DNA from: Mycolicibacterium smegmatis
GTDB lineage: Bacteria > Actinomycetota > Actinomycetes > Mycobacteriales > Mycobacteriaceae
Reading direction: 5' to 3'
NCBI RefSeq assembly: GCF_001457595.1
Contig: NZ_LN831039.1
Span: forward strand, 4,830,001-4,862,000
Length of the DNA stretch: 32,000 nt
This document shows positions 1 to 10,533 of this stretch, piece after piece. Both the position numbers and the translations under genes were made by a program. Under the pieces are notes generated by a model. The model searched no databases. It was not told where the DNA came from and worked only from the letters and a program-made list of their open reading frames with translations. Each line of letters begins with the position of its first letter. The stretch's first letter is position 1.

Positions 1-3000
1 AGGAGTACTACGACCCCGAGCCAGGGGTGCCCGGCCGCTCCGTGTCGAAGTGGGGTGCCTTCCTCGACGACCCGGCCGCGTTCGACCCGGAGTTCTTCGG
101 CATCACCGAGCGCGAGGCCGCCGCGATCGACCCGCAGCACCGGCTGCTGCTGGAGACCGCGTGGGAGGCCGTCGAGCACTCCGGCCTGAACCCCGCCGGT
201 CTCGCCGGATCGGCCACCGGCGTCTTCATGGGCCTGACCCACAACGACTACGCACACCTTGCTGCCGACGCCAAGGCACTGGAGGGTCCGTACGGCTTCA
301 CCGGCACCAGCTTCAGCCTCGCCTCCGGCCGCATCGCCTACGCACTCGGCGTGCACGGCCCCGCCATCACGGTCGACACGGCGTGCTCGTCCAGCCTCAG
401 CGCCATCCACATGGCCTGCCGCAGCCTGCACAACGGTGAGAGCGACGTCGCGCTGGCCGGCGGTGTGTCGGTGCTGCTGGAACCGCGCAAGGCCGCTGGC
501 GGCTCGGCCGCAGGCATGCTGTCCCCGACCGGCCACTGCCACGCGTTCGACACCGCGGCCGACGGCTTCGTCTCGGCCGAGGGCTGCGTGGTGCTGACCC
601 TCAAGCGACTCGACGACGCCGTCGCAGACGGCGATCGGATCCTCGCCGTCATCCGCGGCACCGCCACCAACCAGGACGGCCGCACGGTCAACATCGCGAC
701 GCCGTCGGCCGATGCGCAGGCCAAGGTCTACCGCATGGCGCTGAAAGCGGCCGGCGTCGAACCCGGCACCGTCGGCCTCGTCGAGGCCCACGGCACCGGC
801 ACGCCCGTCGGCGACCCGCTCGAGTTCTCCAGCCTGGCCGAGGTGTACGGCACAGACGGTCCCTGTGCGTTGGGCTCGATCAAGACCAATTTCGGTCACA
901 CGCAGTCCGCGGCGGGCGCGCTCGGCGTCATGAAGGCCGTACTTGCGCTGCAGCACAACGTCATTCCGCAGAACCTGCACTTCACCCGCCTGCCCGACCA
1001 GATGGCCGAGATCGAGACGGGCCTGTTCGTCCCCGAGACCATCACGCCGTGGCCGGTCCGGGAGGGCCAGCCCCGCCGCGCCGCGGTCTCCGCGTACGGC
1101 CTGTCCGGCACCAACGTGCACGCGGTCCTCGAGCAGGCGCCTGAGAGCCCGGCCGAGACTGCCGCAGAGGCGATTTCACCCAAGGCCGGCAACGCGCTGG
1201 TGTTCCCGGTGTCCGCCAGCTCCGCCGATGCGCTGCGCTCGACGGCACAGCACCTTGCCGACTGGCTGCTGCGAAGCGGGGACGGCAACGGTCGCGGACC
1301 CGCGATCGATCTCGGCGACCTCGCGTACACACTGGCCCGCAGGCGCGGGTTCCGTGCTGCCCGTTCGGCTGTGCTCGCAGGCGACCGCGGCACGCTGGTC
1401 GAGGGGCTGCGGCAGATCGCCGACGGTGAGGCGATGCCACAACATGCCGTGACCAACGACGACCGTGGGCCGGTGTGGGTGTTCTCCGGGCAGGGTTCGC
1501 AGTGGGCCTCGATGGGCGCCGAACTGCTCGACCGGGAACAGGCTTTCGCGGCCGCCATCGCCGAACTGGAACCGCTCATCGCGGCCGAGTCCGACTTCTC
1601 CGTCACCGAGGCCCTGACGGCCTCGGAGACCGTCACCGGCATCGACCGGGTGCAGCCCACCATCTTCGCGGTCCAGGTCGCGCTGGCCGCGGCCATGCGT
1701 TCGCACGGCGTCGTGCCCGGCGCGGTCATCGGTCACTCGATGGGCGAGGTTGCCGCCTCGGTCGTCTCGGGCGCACTCTCACTCGAAGACGGCGTGAAGG
1801 TCATCTGCCGCCGCACGCGCCTGATGACCCGCATCGCGGGCTCGGGCGCCATGGCGATGGTGGAACTCCCAGCCCAGCAGGTGCTTTCCGAACTCGCCAG
1901 CCGCGGCGTCGATGACGTCGTGCTGTCGGTGGTCGCCTCACCGCAGTCGACCGTGGTCGGCGGCGCGACCGCCTCGGTGCGCGAACTGATCGAGATGTGG
2001 GAGTCGCGCGGTGTGATGGCGCGCGAGATCGCCGTCGACGTCGCATCGCACTCGCCGCAGGTCGATCCGATCCTCGACGACCTCATCGAGGCGCTGGCCG
2101 ATCTGGACCCCGCCGAACCGGAGATCCCGTACTACTCGGCGACGCTGTACGACCCACGGGACTACGCCGACTACGACGCCTACTACTGGGCGGACAACCT
2201 GCGTCACACCGTGCGATTCTCGGCGGCGGTCCAGGCTGCGCTCGAGGACGGCCACCGCGTGTTCGCCGAACTGTCGCCGCACCCCCTGCTGACCCACCCC
2301 GTCGAGCAGACGGCCCGCAGCCTCGACATGCCGCTCGCGGTGTTCGCCGCGATGCGCCGCCAGCAGGAGATGCCGCACGGTCTGCTCGGTTTCGTGGCCG
2401 ACCTGCACAGTGCCGGTGCCGCCGTGGACTTCTCGGTCCTCTACCCCACCGGCCGGCTGCTCGACGCCCCGCTGCCGGCGTGGACGCATTCGACGCTGCT
2501 GCTCGACCGCGAACTCGAGTCCTCGGCGCCCGGTGTGCCGTCGGTGTCGGTGCACCCGCTGCTGGGATCGCACGTCGTGCTGCCGCAGGAGCCCGAAGAG
2601 CACCTCTGGCAGGGCGACGTGGGTACCGAGGCGCATCCGTGGCTGTCCGACCACCGGGTCCACCAGGTCGCGGTGCTGCCCGGTGCGGCCTACTGCGAGA
2701 TGGCCCTGGCCGCCGTCACGCCCGTGCTGGGCGACACCGGCGAGGTCCATGATCTGAAGTTCCACGACATGCTGCTGCTCGACGACGCCACCCCGGTGTG
2801 GGTCTCGGCGGCCGTGACCGCCCCCGGCACCGCCGAATTCGGTGTCGAGACGCACCAGTCGGGTGATCGCACCCAGCGTGCGACCGCGGTGCTGCGTGGC
2901 GATGTCGACGCCGAACGGCCCGCCGCGCACTCGATCGATGCCCTCCTCGCCGCACACCCCAACCGGGTGGACGGCGACGAACTGCGTGCCGGTTTCGGCA

Positions 3001-6000
3001 CCGTCGGCATCGGGCACGGCGCGGCCTTCGCCGGCCTGTCCGAGGCCTATGTCGCGACCGCGGCCGAACCCACCGTCGTTGCCGCAGTGGCCCTTCCGGG
3101 CCCGCTGCGGTCCGGACAGCGCGGTTACACGGTGCACCCGGCACTGCTCGACGCGTGCTTCCAGTCGGTGATCGCCCACCCCGAGGTCCAGAACATCGCC
3201 AGTGGCATGTTGCTGCCGCTCGGTGTGCGCAGGCTGCGGGCGTATGGGTCCACCCGCAACGTGCGGTACTGCCTGAGCCGCATCGTGAAGGCCGACAGCT
3301 TCGGTGTCGAGGCCGATCTCGAACTGCTCGACGCCGACGGCACCGTGCTGCTGAGCGCGATGGGTCTGCAACTCGGCACGGGCAATTCGGACAAGGCCGA
3401 AGAAGAGCGCCTGCTCGACGAGCGCCTGCTCACCATCGAGTGGCAGCAGCGCGAACTTCCCCGCCCCGAGGGCTCGGAGACGGTCGACGCCGGCTCGTGG
3501 CTGGTGATCCTCGCCGGAGACGATGACGAGAACCCGCGCGCAGCAGGTGTTGTCAGCGCGCTGATCGGTGCGGGCATGCCCACGACCACCATGGCGTGGT
3601 CGCACGATGCCGACCACGACGCACAGGCCGCGGCACTCACCGCGCGCCTCGACGAGCAGCCGCTCGCAGGCGTTGCGGTCATCGTGGGAGACAGCGAGAC
3701 CGGCACCGACGCACACGACGTGGGAGCCGACGCTCGCCGTGGCGCCGACCACGTGCGTCATCTGGTGCGCATCGCGCGTACGTTGGCCGACGCCGTGGGC
3801 GAGCCGCCACGTCTGTACGTCGTGACCCACCGCAGCCAGCACGTGCTCGACACCGACGAGCCGTACCTGGAGCACTCCGGTCTGCGCGGCCTGATCCGGG
3901 TGGTCGGCATGGAGCATCCGCGGTTGCGCGCCACCCAGATCGACGTCGACGACAGCACCGCCCACGAGGCCCTGGTACGCCAGCTGCTGTCCGGATCGCC
4001 CGAGGACGAGACCGCGTGGCGTGACGGACAGTGGTACGCCGCACGGCTGTGCCCGTCGCCGCTGCGCGCGGCCGAGCGTCGTACCGCGGTGGCCGACAAC
4101 GCTTCGGAAGGCATGCGACTGGTGGTCCGCAACCCGGGCGACCTGGAGTCCATGGAGCTGGTGACGTTCGAACGTGGCACGCCGGGACCGGGGCAGATCG
4201 AGGTTGCGGTCAAGGCGTCGAGCATCAACTTCGCCGACGTCCTCGTCGCGTTCGGCCGGTGCCCCAGCTTTGACGGCCGCCTGCCCGAGCTGGGATCGGA
4301 GTTCGGTGGCGTCGTCACCGCGGTCGGGCCCGGCGTCACGACGCACCGCGTCGGCGACCGCGTCGGCGGTGTTTCGGCCAACGGTTGCTGGAGCAACTTC
4401 GTGACATGTGAGGCCGATCTGGCCACCAAGCTGCCCGAGGGCATCAGCGAACACGAAGCCGCCGCAGTCGGTTTGGCGTACGGCACGGTGTGGCTGGGCC
4501 TGACGGAGCTCGCGCGCATGTCGGCAGGCGACAAGATCCTGATCCACTCCGCCACCGGTGGTGTGGGCCAGGCCGCGATCGCCGTGGCACGTGCGGCCGG
4601 AGCCGAGATCTACGCGACGGCTGGCAGTGAGAAGCGCCGCCAACTGCTGCGCGACTGGGGCATCGAGCACGTCTACGACTCGCGCACCACCGCCTTCGCC
4701 GACCAGATTCGCACCGACACAGACGGTTACGGCGTCGACATCGTGCTGAACTCGGTGACCGGACCCGCGCAGCGGGCCGGCCTGGAACTGCTCGCGTTCG
4801 GTGGGCGTTTCGTCGAGATCGGCAAGCGCGACATCTACGCCGACACCCGCCTGGGGCTGTTCCCGTTCCGTCGCAACCTGTCGTTCTACGCCGTCGACCT
4901 CGCGCTGATGACCGTGACGCATCCGCAGAAGATCCGGGATCTGCTCGCGACGGTCTACCGCCTGATCGCCGACGGCACACTGCCGTTGCCCGAGATCACG
5001 CACTACCCGCTCGAAGAGGCCGCGACCGCGATCCGCATCATGGGCGGTGCACAGCACACCGGCAAGCTCGTGATCGACATCCCGGACACGGGTCAGAGCC
5101 AGGTCGTGGTGCCGCCCGAGCAGGTCCCGGTGTTCCGCGGCGACGGCGCCTACGTGATCACCGGCGGTCTCGGTGGCCTCGGCCTGTTCCTCGCCGAACG
5201 GATGGCCGCCGCGGGATGCGGGCGCATCGTGGTCAATTCGCGTAGCGCTCCGTCGACACGGTCCAGCGAGATCATCGAGCTGATCCGTGCCACGGGCGCC
5301 GACATCGTGGTCGAGTGCGGCGACATCGCCGAGCCCGACACCGCGCGCAGGCTCGTCGCGGCGGCGACCCAGACGGGTCTTCCGCTACGCGGCGTGCTGC
5401 ACGCCGCGGCGGTGGTCGAGGACGCCACGCTCGCCAACATCACCGATGAACTCGTCGAGCACGACTGGGCACCGAAGGTGTACGGCGCGTGGAACCTGCA
5501 CCAGGCCGTGCAGTCCGGCGGACCTGCGACCTCCGAGCTCGACTGGTTCTGCGCGTTCTCCTCGGCCGCGGCCCTGGTGGGCTCGCCCGGTCAGGGTGCG
5601 TACGCCGCGGCGAACAGCTGGCTGGACGCCTTCATGCAGTGGCGACGGGCCCAGGGCCTGCCCGCGACGTCGATCGCCTGGGGTGCCTGGGGTGAGATCG
5701 GCCGCGGCACGGCAATGGCCGAGGGCGACAACGCGATCGCGCCCGACGAGGGTGCGTACGCGTTCGAGGCGATCCTGCGCCACGACCGCGTGTACAACGG
5801 CTACGCCCCGGTTCTCGGTGCGTCATGGCTGACCGCGTTCGCGCAGCGCAGCCCGTTCGCCGAGCTGTTCCTGGCCGATACGCAAGGCGCCTCGGAGACC
5901 AGGAAACTGCGTTCCGAACTCGCCGCGCTGCCCCGTGAGGAATGGCCGACACACCTGCGCCGGCTGATCGCCGAACAGGTCGGCCTGCTGCTGCGCCGCA

Positions 6001-6188
6001 CGGTGGACCCCGACCGTCCGCTGTCCGAGTACGGTCTGGATTCGTTGGGACACCTGGAACTTCGTACCCGAATCGAAACCGAGACCGGTGTCCGCGTCAG
6101 TGCGATGGACATGACGACCATCAGGGGTCTGGCACAACGGTTGTGCGAGATGCTCGACACCGACGACGCCGTGTCGGCCCCGTCGTGA
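1..6188 (+). CDS. pks5: Type I iterative (Mas-like) polyketide synthase, 5' end cut by window edge; KS-AT-DH-(structural KR)-ER-KR-ACP, no thioesterase
   Basis: One uninterrupted 6.1-kb frame (frame 3, open from nt 3: [13 protein letters not shown]..., so the start lies upstream). KS motifs: DTACSSS (Cys codon 384-386), EAHGTGT (783-803), [12 protein letters not shown] motifs: GHSMGE (Ser 1737-1739) and VASH (2040-2051, methylmalonyl-type). DH: [13 protein letters not shown] (His 2652-2654). ER: [11 protein letters not shown] (4545-4577). KR: TGGLGGLG (5160-5183) and YAAAN. ACP: GLDSLG (Ser 6042-6044). Stop TGA 6186-6188. The symbol is by locus analogy to mycobacterial LOS clusters, not from a search. 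Confidence 0.93.
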   Translation, partial: EYYDPEPGVPGRSVSKWGAFLDDPAAFDPEFFGITEREAAAIDPQHRLLLETAWEAVEHSGLNPAGLAGSATGVFMGLTHNDYAHLAADAKALEGPYGFTGTSFSLASGRIAYALGVHGPAITVDTACSSSLSAIHMACRSLHNGESDVALAGGVSVLLEPRKAAGGSAAGMLSPTGHCHAFDTAADGFVSAEGCVVLTLKRLDDAVADGDRILAVIRGTATNQDGRTVNIATPSADAQAKVYRMALKAAGVEPGTVGLVEAHGTGTPVGDPLEFSSLAEVYGTDGPCALGSIKTNFGHTQSAAGALGVMKAVLALQHNVIPQNLHFTRLPDQMAEIETGLFVPETITPWPVREGQPRRAAVSAYGLSGTNVHAVLEQAPESPAETAAEAISPKAGNALVFPVSASSADALRSTAQHLADWLLRSGDGNGRGPAIDLGDLAYTLARRRGFRAARSAVLAGDRGTLVEGLRQIADGEAMPQHAVTNDDRGPVWVFSGQGSQWASMGAELLDREQAFAAAIAELEPLIAAESDFSVTEALTASETVTGIDRVQPTIFAVQVALAAAMRSHGVVPGAVIGHSMGEVAASVVSGALSLEDGVKVICRRTRLMTRIAGSGAMAMVELPAQQVLSELASRGVDDVVLSVVASPQSTVVGGATASVRELIEMWESRGVMAREIAVDVASHSPQVDPILDDLIEALADLDPAEPEIPYYSATLYDPRDYADYDAYYWADNLRHTVRFSAAVQAALEDGHRVFAELSPHPLLTHPVEQTARSLDMPLAVFAAMRRQQEMPHGLLGFVADLHSAGAAVDFSVLYPTGRLLDAPLPAWTHSTLLLDRELESSAPGVPSVSVHPLLGSHVVLPQEPEEHLWQGDVGTEAHPWLSDHRVHQVAVLPGAAYCEMALAAVTPVLGDTGEVHDLKFHDMLLLDDATPVWVSAAVTAPGTAEFGVETHQSGDRTQRATAVLRGDVDAERPAAHSIDALLAAHPNRVDGDELRAGFGTVGIGHGAAFAGLSEAYVATAAEPTVVAAVALPGPLRSGQRGYTVHPALLDACFQSVIAHPEVQNIASGMLLPLGVRRLRAYGSTRNVRYCLSRIVKADSFGVEADLELLDADGTVLLSAMGLQLGTGNSDKAEEERLLDERLLTIEWQQRELPRPEGSETVDAGSWLVILAGDDDENPRAAGVVSALIGAGMPTTTMAWSHDADHDAQAAALTARLDEQPLAGVAVIVGDSETGTDAHDVGADARRGADHVRHLVRIARTLADAVGEPPRLYVVTHRSQHVLDTDEPYLEHSGLRGLIRVVGMEHPRLRATQIDVDDSTAHEALVRQLLSGSPEDETAWRDGQWYAARLCPSPLRAAERRTAVADNASEGMRLVVRNPGDLESMELVTFERGTPGPGQIEVAVKASSINFADVLVAFGRCPSFDGRLPELGSEFGGVVTAVGPGVTTHRVGDRVGGVSANGCWSNFVTCEADLATKLPEGISEHEAAAVGLAYGTVWLGLTELARMSAGDKILIHSATGGVGQAAIAVARAAGAEIYATAGSEKRRQLLRDWGIEHVYDSRTTAFADQIRTDTDGYGVDIVLNSVTGPAQRAGLELLAFGGRFVEIGKRDIYADTRLGLFPFRRNLSFYAVDLALMTVTHPQKIRDLLATVYRLIADGTLPLPEITHYPLEEAATAIRIMGGAQHTGKLVIDIPDTGQSQVVVPPEQVPVFRGDGAYVITGGLGGLGLFLAERMAAAGCGRIVVNSRSAPSTRSSEIIELIRATGADIVVECGDIAEPDTARRLVAAATQTGLPLRGVLHAAAVVEDATLANITDELVEHDWAPKVYGAWNLHQAVQSGGPATSELDWFCAFSSAAALVGSPGQGAYAAANSWLDAFMQWRRAQGLPATSIAWGAWGEIGRGTAMAEGDNAIAPDEGAYAFEAILRHDRVYNGYAPVLGASWLTAFAQRSPFAELFLADTQGASETRKLRSELAALPREEWPTHLRRLIAEQVGLLLRRTVDPDRPLSEYGLDSLGHLELRTRIETETGVRVSAMDMTTIRGLAQRLCEMLDTDDAVSAPS

Positions 6189-6245
6189 TCGAAATCCTCA
6201 GTACATCAACCGCAACCGGCAGTCATCGAAGGGAGGAGTAGAACC

Positions 6246-7688
6246 ATGTTCGAGCTGACCGACATCCAGAACTGGGACGACGCTCCTGGCAAACATGTGT
6301 CGTGGGGCCCCTCCCCGAGCACGGTGGCGAAGGTAGCCGAGGCCCCGGTGAGCGATGTGCCCGCGAGCTATCAGCAGGCCCAGCATCTGCGCGCGTACCG
6401 CGAGCACACCGCTCGCGGCGTGCCGATGGCACGGCTCACCGTTCCGGTGTGGAACATGGACGGCCAGTGCGACATGCGGGCGATGTCCCATGTGATCAAC
6501 GCGTATCTGCGCCGGCACGACACCTACCACAGCCGTTTCGAGTTCACCGTCGACGACCGGATCGTGCGGCGAAAGTTACGCAGCCCGCGGGATCTTCGTT
6601 TCGTGCCCACCGATCACGGTGTGCAGACGTGCGACCAGTGGCGTGAGCACATCCTGGACACCCCGGGGCCGCTGCAGTGGGACTGCTTCCGCTTCGGGAT
6701 CATCCAGCGCGCCGATCACTTCACGTGTTACATGAGCGTGGACCACGTGCACGTGGACGCGACGTTCCTCGGGTTGATGCTCATCGAGATCCACCTGATG
6801 TACGCGGCGCTGGTGAGCGGCGGCGCCCCGATCACGTTGCCGCCCGCGGGCAGCTACGACGACTACTGCGTGCGGCAGCGCAAGTACACCTCGGGGCTGA
6901 CGCTGGACTCTCCCGAAATCAAGGAGTGGGTGACCTTCCTTGAGGGCAACAACGGCACCATGCCCAAGTTCCCCCTGCCGCTCGGCGACCTGTCGGTGCC
7001 GTGCACCGGTGATCTGATGACGGTCCAACTGCTCGACGAACCCCAGACGCAGGGCTTTGAAAAGGCTTGCCTCGCCGCGGGTTCACGGTTCATCGGTGGG
7101 GTCTTCGCCACCGCCGCGCTGGCCCAGTACCAGCTGACCGATATCGACACCTACCACGTCATCACGCCGACGACGACCCGTGGGACCGAGGCCGAGGTCA
7201 TGGCAACCGGATGGTTCACCGGCACCGTGCCGATCACGGTTCCGGTCGGATCGTCGTTCGCCGAGACGGCCCGCACCGCACAGCGCTCGTTCGATTCGGG
7301 TCTGTACCTCGCGCACGTCCCGTTCGACCGCGTGCTCGAGCTGGGCGCGACCGAACGTGGCCTGCGGGCCCCGGATCCGGGCGTGCCGATGGTGTCGTAT
7401 CTCGACGCCACCGCGGCCCCGCTCTCGCCCGCCGTCGTCGCCGAATGGAACCGGATCAACGGGCGGATCTTCAGCGAGATGGGTGCGGCCAACCAGGTCG
7501 GCATGTGGGTGAACCAGTTCGGCAGCGGTACGTGGATCACGGTGGCGTTCCCGAACAATCCCGTTGCCCGCGCCTCGGTGCAGGAGTACGTCGACGCATT
7601 CCGGTCGGTGTGCGTCGCGGTGGCCGAGGGACGCCACGACGACGTGCCCACCACGCGTGTCAACGAGCTCGATCTCAGATCAGCGTGA
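6246..7688 (+). CDS. papA4: PapA-family polyketide-associated acyltransferase (condensation-domain fold)
   Basis: ATG 6246 is preceded by GGGAGGAG (6231-6238). The protein is 480 aa. It has an HxxxD catalytic motif, DHVHVDA (His 6744-6746, Asp 6756-6758), about 165 aa from the N-terminus. It sits immediately downstream of a TE-less PKS, as papA genes do in SL-1, DAT/PAT, PDIM and LOS loci. The symbol is tentative, by synteny with pks5. Confidence 0.82.
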   Translation: MFELTDIQNWDDAPGKHVSWGPSPSTVAKVAEAPVSDVPASYQQAQHLRAYREHTARGVPMARLTVPVWNMDGQCDMRAMSHVINAYLRRHDTYHSRFEFTVDDRIVRRKLRSPRDLRFVPTDHGVQTCDQWREHILDTPGPLQWDCFRFGIIQRADHFTCYMSVDHVHVDATFLGLMLIEIHLMYAALVSGGAPITLPPAGSYDDYCVRQRKYTSGLTLDSPEIKEWVTFLEGNNGTMPKFPLPLGDLSVPCTGDLMTVQLLDEPQTQGFEKACLAAGSRFIGGVFATAALAQYQLTDIDTYHVITPTTTRGTEAEVMATGWFTGTVPITVPVGSSFAETARTAQRSFDSGLYLAHVPFDRVLELGATERGLRAPDPGVPMVSYLDATAAPLSPAVVAEWNRINGRIFSEMGAANQVGMWVNQFGSGTWITVAFPNNPVARASVQEYVDAFRSVCVAVAEGRHDDVPTTRVNELDLRSA

Positions 7689-7705
7689 GGTTCGGCGATT
7701 CCAGC

Positions 7706-9073
7706 ATGACACCATCGACAACGCCTGCCACCGTCGCCACGGACGACCGGCTCTCCCACACCGACCAGCTGCTCTTCCTCGGGCAGCGCGCCACCGGCCA
7801 GGAACTGGTCGCACAGTGCGTGTGGGTGTACGAACGTCCGGTCGAGATCGACAAGTTGCGGGAATTTCACCGCAACTTCGGTCACGGCCTGGCCGGTCGG
7901 CTCATCGAGCGCTCACCGCTGCCGTTCGGCAGACACCGCTGGGTTGCCGCCCCCGGACCTGCCGCACCGCTCGACTTCGCCGAACAGCCCCGTCCCCGAG
8001 AAGAACTGGGCGACTGGGCCGACGCGCGTGCGCAGCTTCCGATCGATCCTGAGGTCGGACCCGGCTGGCACATGGGTGTCCTATCCATGACCGACGGCTC
8101 GACCGCGGTGAGCCTGGTGATCTCGCACTGCCTGATCGACGGACTCGGCACCCTGCAGACGATCGCCGACGCCGTCAAGGGTGAAACCGTCGACTTCGGT
8201 TACGCCGCACCCGGTTCGCGCGGCAGGCTGCAGGCCGTGCTCGCCGATCTGCGGCAGACCGCGCGTGATCTGCCGCAGACCGCCGCCACCCTGGTGCGCG
8301 CCGGCCGGCTCGCGATCCGGCGGCGACACGAGGTCGCGTTGTCCGCCAAACCGCGGCGCGACTTCGGGCCGGACGGCCGCAGCGACGTCGTCGCGCCCGC
8401 GATCGCGTGCTACGTGCCCCTCGAAGAGTGGGACCTGCGCGCGGCGGCACTCGGCGGGAACAGCCACTCGCTGGTCGCCGCGTTCGCCGCCAAACTCGGT
8501 GAGCTCATGGGCCGTCGGCGCAGTGACGACGGCACGGTGCTGCTGCACGTGCCGATCAGCGACCGCGCACCCGGGGACACCAGAGGCAACGCGGCCTACA
8601 TCGTCAACGCGCACCTGGACCCCACCGACGTCACCAAGGATCTGTCCGGTGCGCGCTCGGCCATCCGGCAGGCCCTCGAGGCCTACCGGCAGGAACCCGA
8701 CGAGACACTGCAATTGCTGCCGCTCACCCCGTTCATCCCGCAGCGGGCGGTGGCACGCGGCTCTCAGGTGGTCCTGAACCTGACCGACCTGCCGGTGTCG
8801 TGCTCGAACCTCGGCGACATCGACCCGCTGGTGTCCCGGATCGACGGCGCCGCAGCCGAATACCTCATCCTGCGCGGCGTCGACCGCCGTGTCTCGCGCG
8901 AGTTCCTGGAGAACCGCAACGGATTGCTGACCGTTCTGGCCGGACGCGTCGACGACAAGATGTCGATCTCCGTCATCGGCTACCGGCCCGGCGGGCCGAA
9001 CGACAAGGCACAACTGCGGGAGCTGGTCGCCAAGGCGCTCACAGAGTTCGATCTCGTCGGCACGATCGCCTGA
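7706..9073 (+). CDS. HxxxDG acyltransferase, WS/DGAT- or condensation-like (paralog 1)
   Basis: The track ORF 7067-9073 overlaps papA in another frame. The plausible start is ATG 7706, or GTG 7685 forming a GTGA overlap with the papA stop. Motif SHCLIDGLG (His 8126-8128, Asp 8138-8140) lies near residue 141, as in WS/DGAT enzymes. It is colinear and clearly homologous with the next ORF (shared FHRNFGxGLAGRxIERSxLPFGRHRW, MTDGSTAVSLV, CSNLGD). Confidence 0.75.
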   Translation: MTPSTTPATVATDDRLSHTDQLLFLGQRATGQELVAQCVWVYERPVEIDKLREFHRNFGHGLAGRLIERSPLPFGRHRWVAAPGPAAPLDFAEQPRPREELGDWADARAQLPIDPEVGPGWHMGVLSMTDGSTAVSLVISHCLIDGLGTLQTIADAVKGETVDFGYAAPGSRGRLQAVLADLRQTARDLPQTAATLVRAGRLAIRRRHEVALSAKPRRDFGPDGRSDVVAPAIACYVPLEEWDLRAAALGGNSHSLVAAFAAKLGELMGRRRSDDGTVLLHVPISDRAPGDTRGNAAYIVNAHLDPTDVTKDLSGARSAIRQALEAYRQEPDETLQLLPLTPFIPQRAVARGSQVVLNLTDLPVSCSNLGDIDPLVSRIDGAAAEYLILRGVDRRVSREFLENRNGLLTVLAGRVDDKMSISVIGYRPGGPNDKAQLRELVAKALTEFDLVGTIA

Positions 9074-9110
9074 CCGGGGCGAAGTTGTTGCTGTGGTAGG
9101 AGGTTGATCG

Positions 9111-10517
9111 TTGGCGATACAGACTCGCCCCGAACGGGCACGTGCTCGCATGCTGAACTCGGCCGCGACACCGGACAACCGGCTGTCGTTCATCGACCAG
9201 GCCGGGTTCGACATGTTGCGTGCGACCGGTCGCCATCAACTGATGCAGGTGCTCTGGATCTACGAGCACGCCATCGACATGGACGGTCTGCGGCAGTTCC
9301 ACCGCAACTTCGGCTACGGCCTCGCCGGGCGCAGGATCGAGCGGTCACGGTTGCCGTTCGGCCGCCACCGGTGGGTCTCGTGCCCGGGTCCGCAGACCGA
9401 ACTCGCCGTCGCCACCACTGCACGCCCGCGCGCCGACGTCAGCGACTGGGCCGACGAACAGGTACACCTGCCCGTCGATCCCGAACACGGACCGGCATGG
9501 CACATGTCGGTGCTGCCGATGACCGACGGCTCCACGGCCGTGAGCCTGGTGGCGTCACACCACATCGGTGACGGGATCGGCGGGGTGCTGACGCTGATGG
9601 AGGCCGTCGCAGGAACCAAGCGCCAGTTCGGGTTTCCGCTGCCGCGAGCACAGACAGCACGCCGCGCAGTCGCCGCCGACCTGCGCCAGACCGCACGCGA
9701 TCTGCCCGAACTCGGCCGCACAGCGGGCAAGGCCGTCAGACTGCTGCGCCGGCGCGGCGCCGAGTTGCTGCGCTCCGCGCGCGCAGAAAACGAGAGCGCT
9801 CCGCGGACGCTGTCCACCGAACCGGTGTCGGTGCCCGCGGTTTCGGTGTTCGTCGACCTCGACGCTTGGGACCGCTGCGCAACGGGTCTCGGCGGCAACA
9901 GCTACTCGCTGCTGGCCGGTTTCGGCGCGAGGCTCGGTGAGCGGATGAACCGCGCGAATGCCCGAAGCGGCACCGTGACGCTGTCCATCGCACTCAACGA
10001 GCGCACATCGCTGGACGATTCACGCGCGCTGGCGATGACCTTCGCAAGCGCGAGCATCGATCCGCGGCAGTGCACATCCGATCTGACCGGCGTGCGCGCG
10101 ACCATCCGCGAGGCGATCGAGACCGCGCGGACGACCACTGACGAGACTCTCGAACTGCTCCCCCTGATCCCCTTGGTTCCCAAGCGGGCGCTGCAGGGTC
10201 TGGGCGGGCTGTTCTTCGGATCTCCCGACGACCTGCCGGTCTACTGCTCGAATCTCGGCGACGTGGATCCCGCGGTGGGGCGCGCCGACGGAACGGACGC
10301 CGAGTACGTGGTGATGCGCGGCGTCGACCAGAACGTCACGCGACGCGACATCGAGTCGATGGGTGGACAACTCGTCCTGGTGTCGGCACGCGTCAACGGC
10401 AAGATCTCGATCGGCATCGTCGCCTATCAGCTCGATGCCCAGAACTCCAAGACCCGGTTACGCGAACTTGCAGCACTGACGCTCAAGGACTTCGGACTCG
10501 CCGGCGTGATCGAATAG
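9111..10517 (+). CDS. HxxxDG acyltransferase, WS/DGAT- or condensation-like (paralog 2)
   Basis: TTG start 9111 has GGTAGGAGG (9095-9103) 7 nt upstream. An alternative start is ATG 9150. Motif SHHIGDGIG (His 9558-9560, Asp 9570-9572). 468 aa. Paralog of 7706-9073, roughly half identical by eye. Confidence 0.78.
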   Translation: MAIQTRPERARARMLNSAATPDNRLSFIDQAGFDMLRATGRHQLMQVLWIYEHAIDMDGLRQFHRNFGYGLAGRRIERSRLPFGRHRWVSCPGPQTELAVATTARPRADVSDWADEQVHLPVDPEHGPAWHMSVLPMTDGSTAVSLVASHHIGDGIGGVLTLMEAVAGTKRQFGFPLPRAQTARRAVAADLRQTARDLPELGRTAGKAVRLLRRRGAELLRSARAENESAPRTLSTEPVSVPAVSVFVDLDAWDRCATGLGGNSYSLLAGFGARLGERMNRANARSGTVTLSIALNERTSLDDSRALAMTFASASIDPRQCTSDLTGVRATIREAIETARTTTDETLELLPLIPLVPKRALQGLGGLFFGSPDDLPVYCSNLGDVDPAVGRADGTDAEYVVMRGVDQNVTRRDIESMGGQLVLVSARVNGKISIGIVAYQLDAQNSKTRLRELAALTLKDFGLAGVIE

Positions 10518-10533
10518 GAAAGGTGACACCCCC

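Noticed and set aside
1938-5057. 1039-aa minus-strand ORF running antisense through the PKS.
   Set aside because: The translation is Arg/Gly/Val/His-rich low-complexity sequence with no motifs. It shares the wobble positions of the plus-strand PKS frame, which has every expected catalytic motif. This is the classic stop-codon-poor antisense frame of high-GC DNA.
7067-7705. N-terminal 213-codon extension of the first HxxxDG acyltransferase ORF, overlapping papA.
   Set aside because: The extension lies entirely inside papA in another frame and is Arg/Pro/Gly-rich. Homology with the paralog begins only after ATG 7706, and the GTG 7685 / ATG 7706 starts fit operon spacing.
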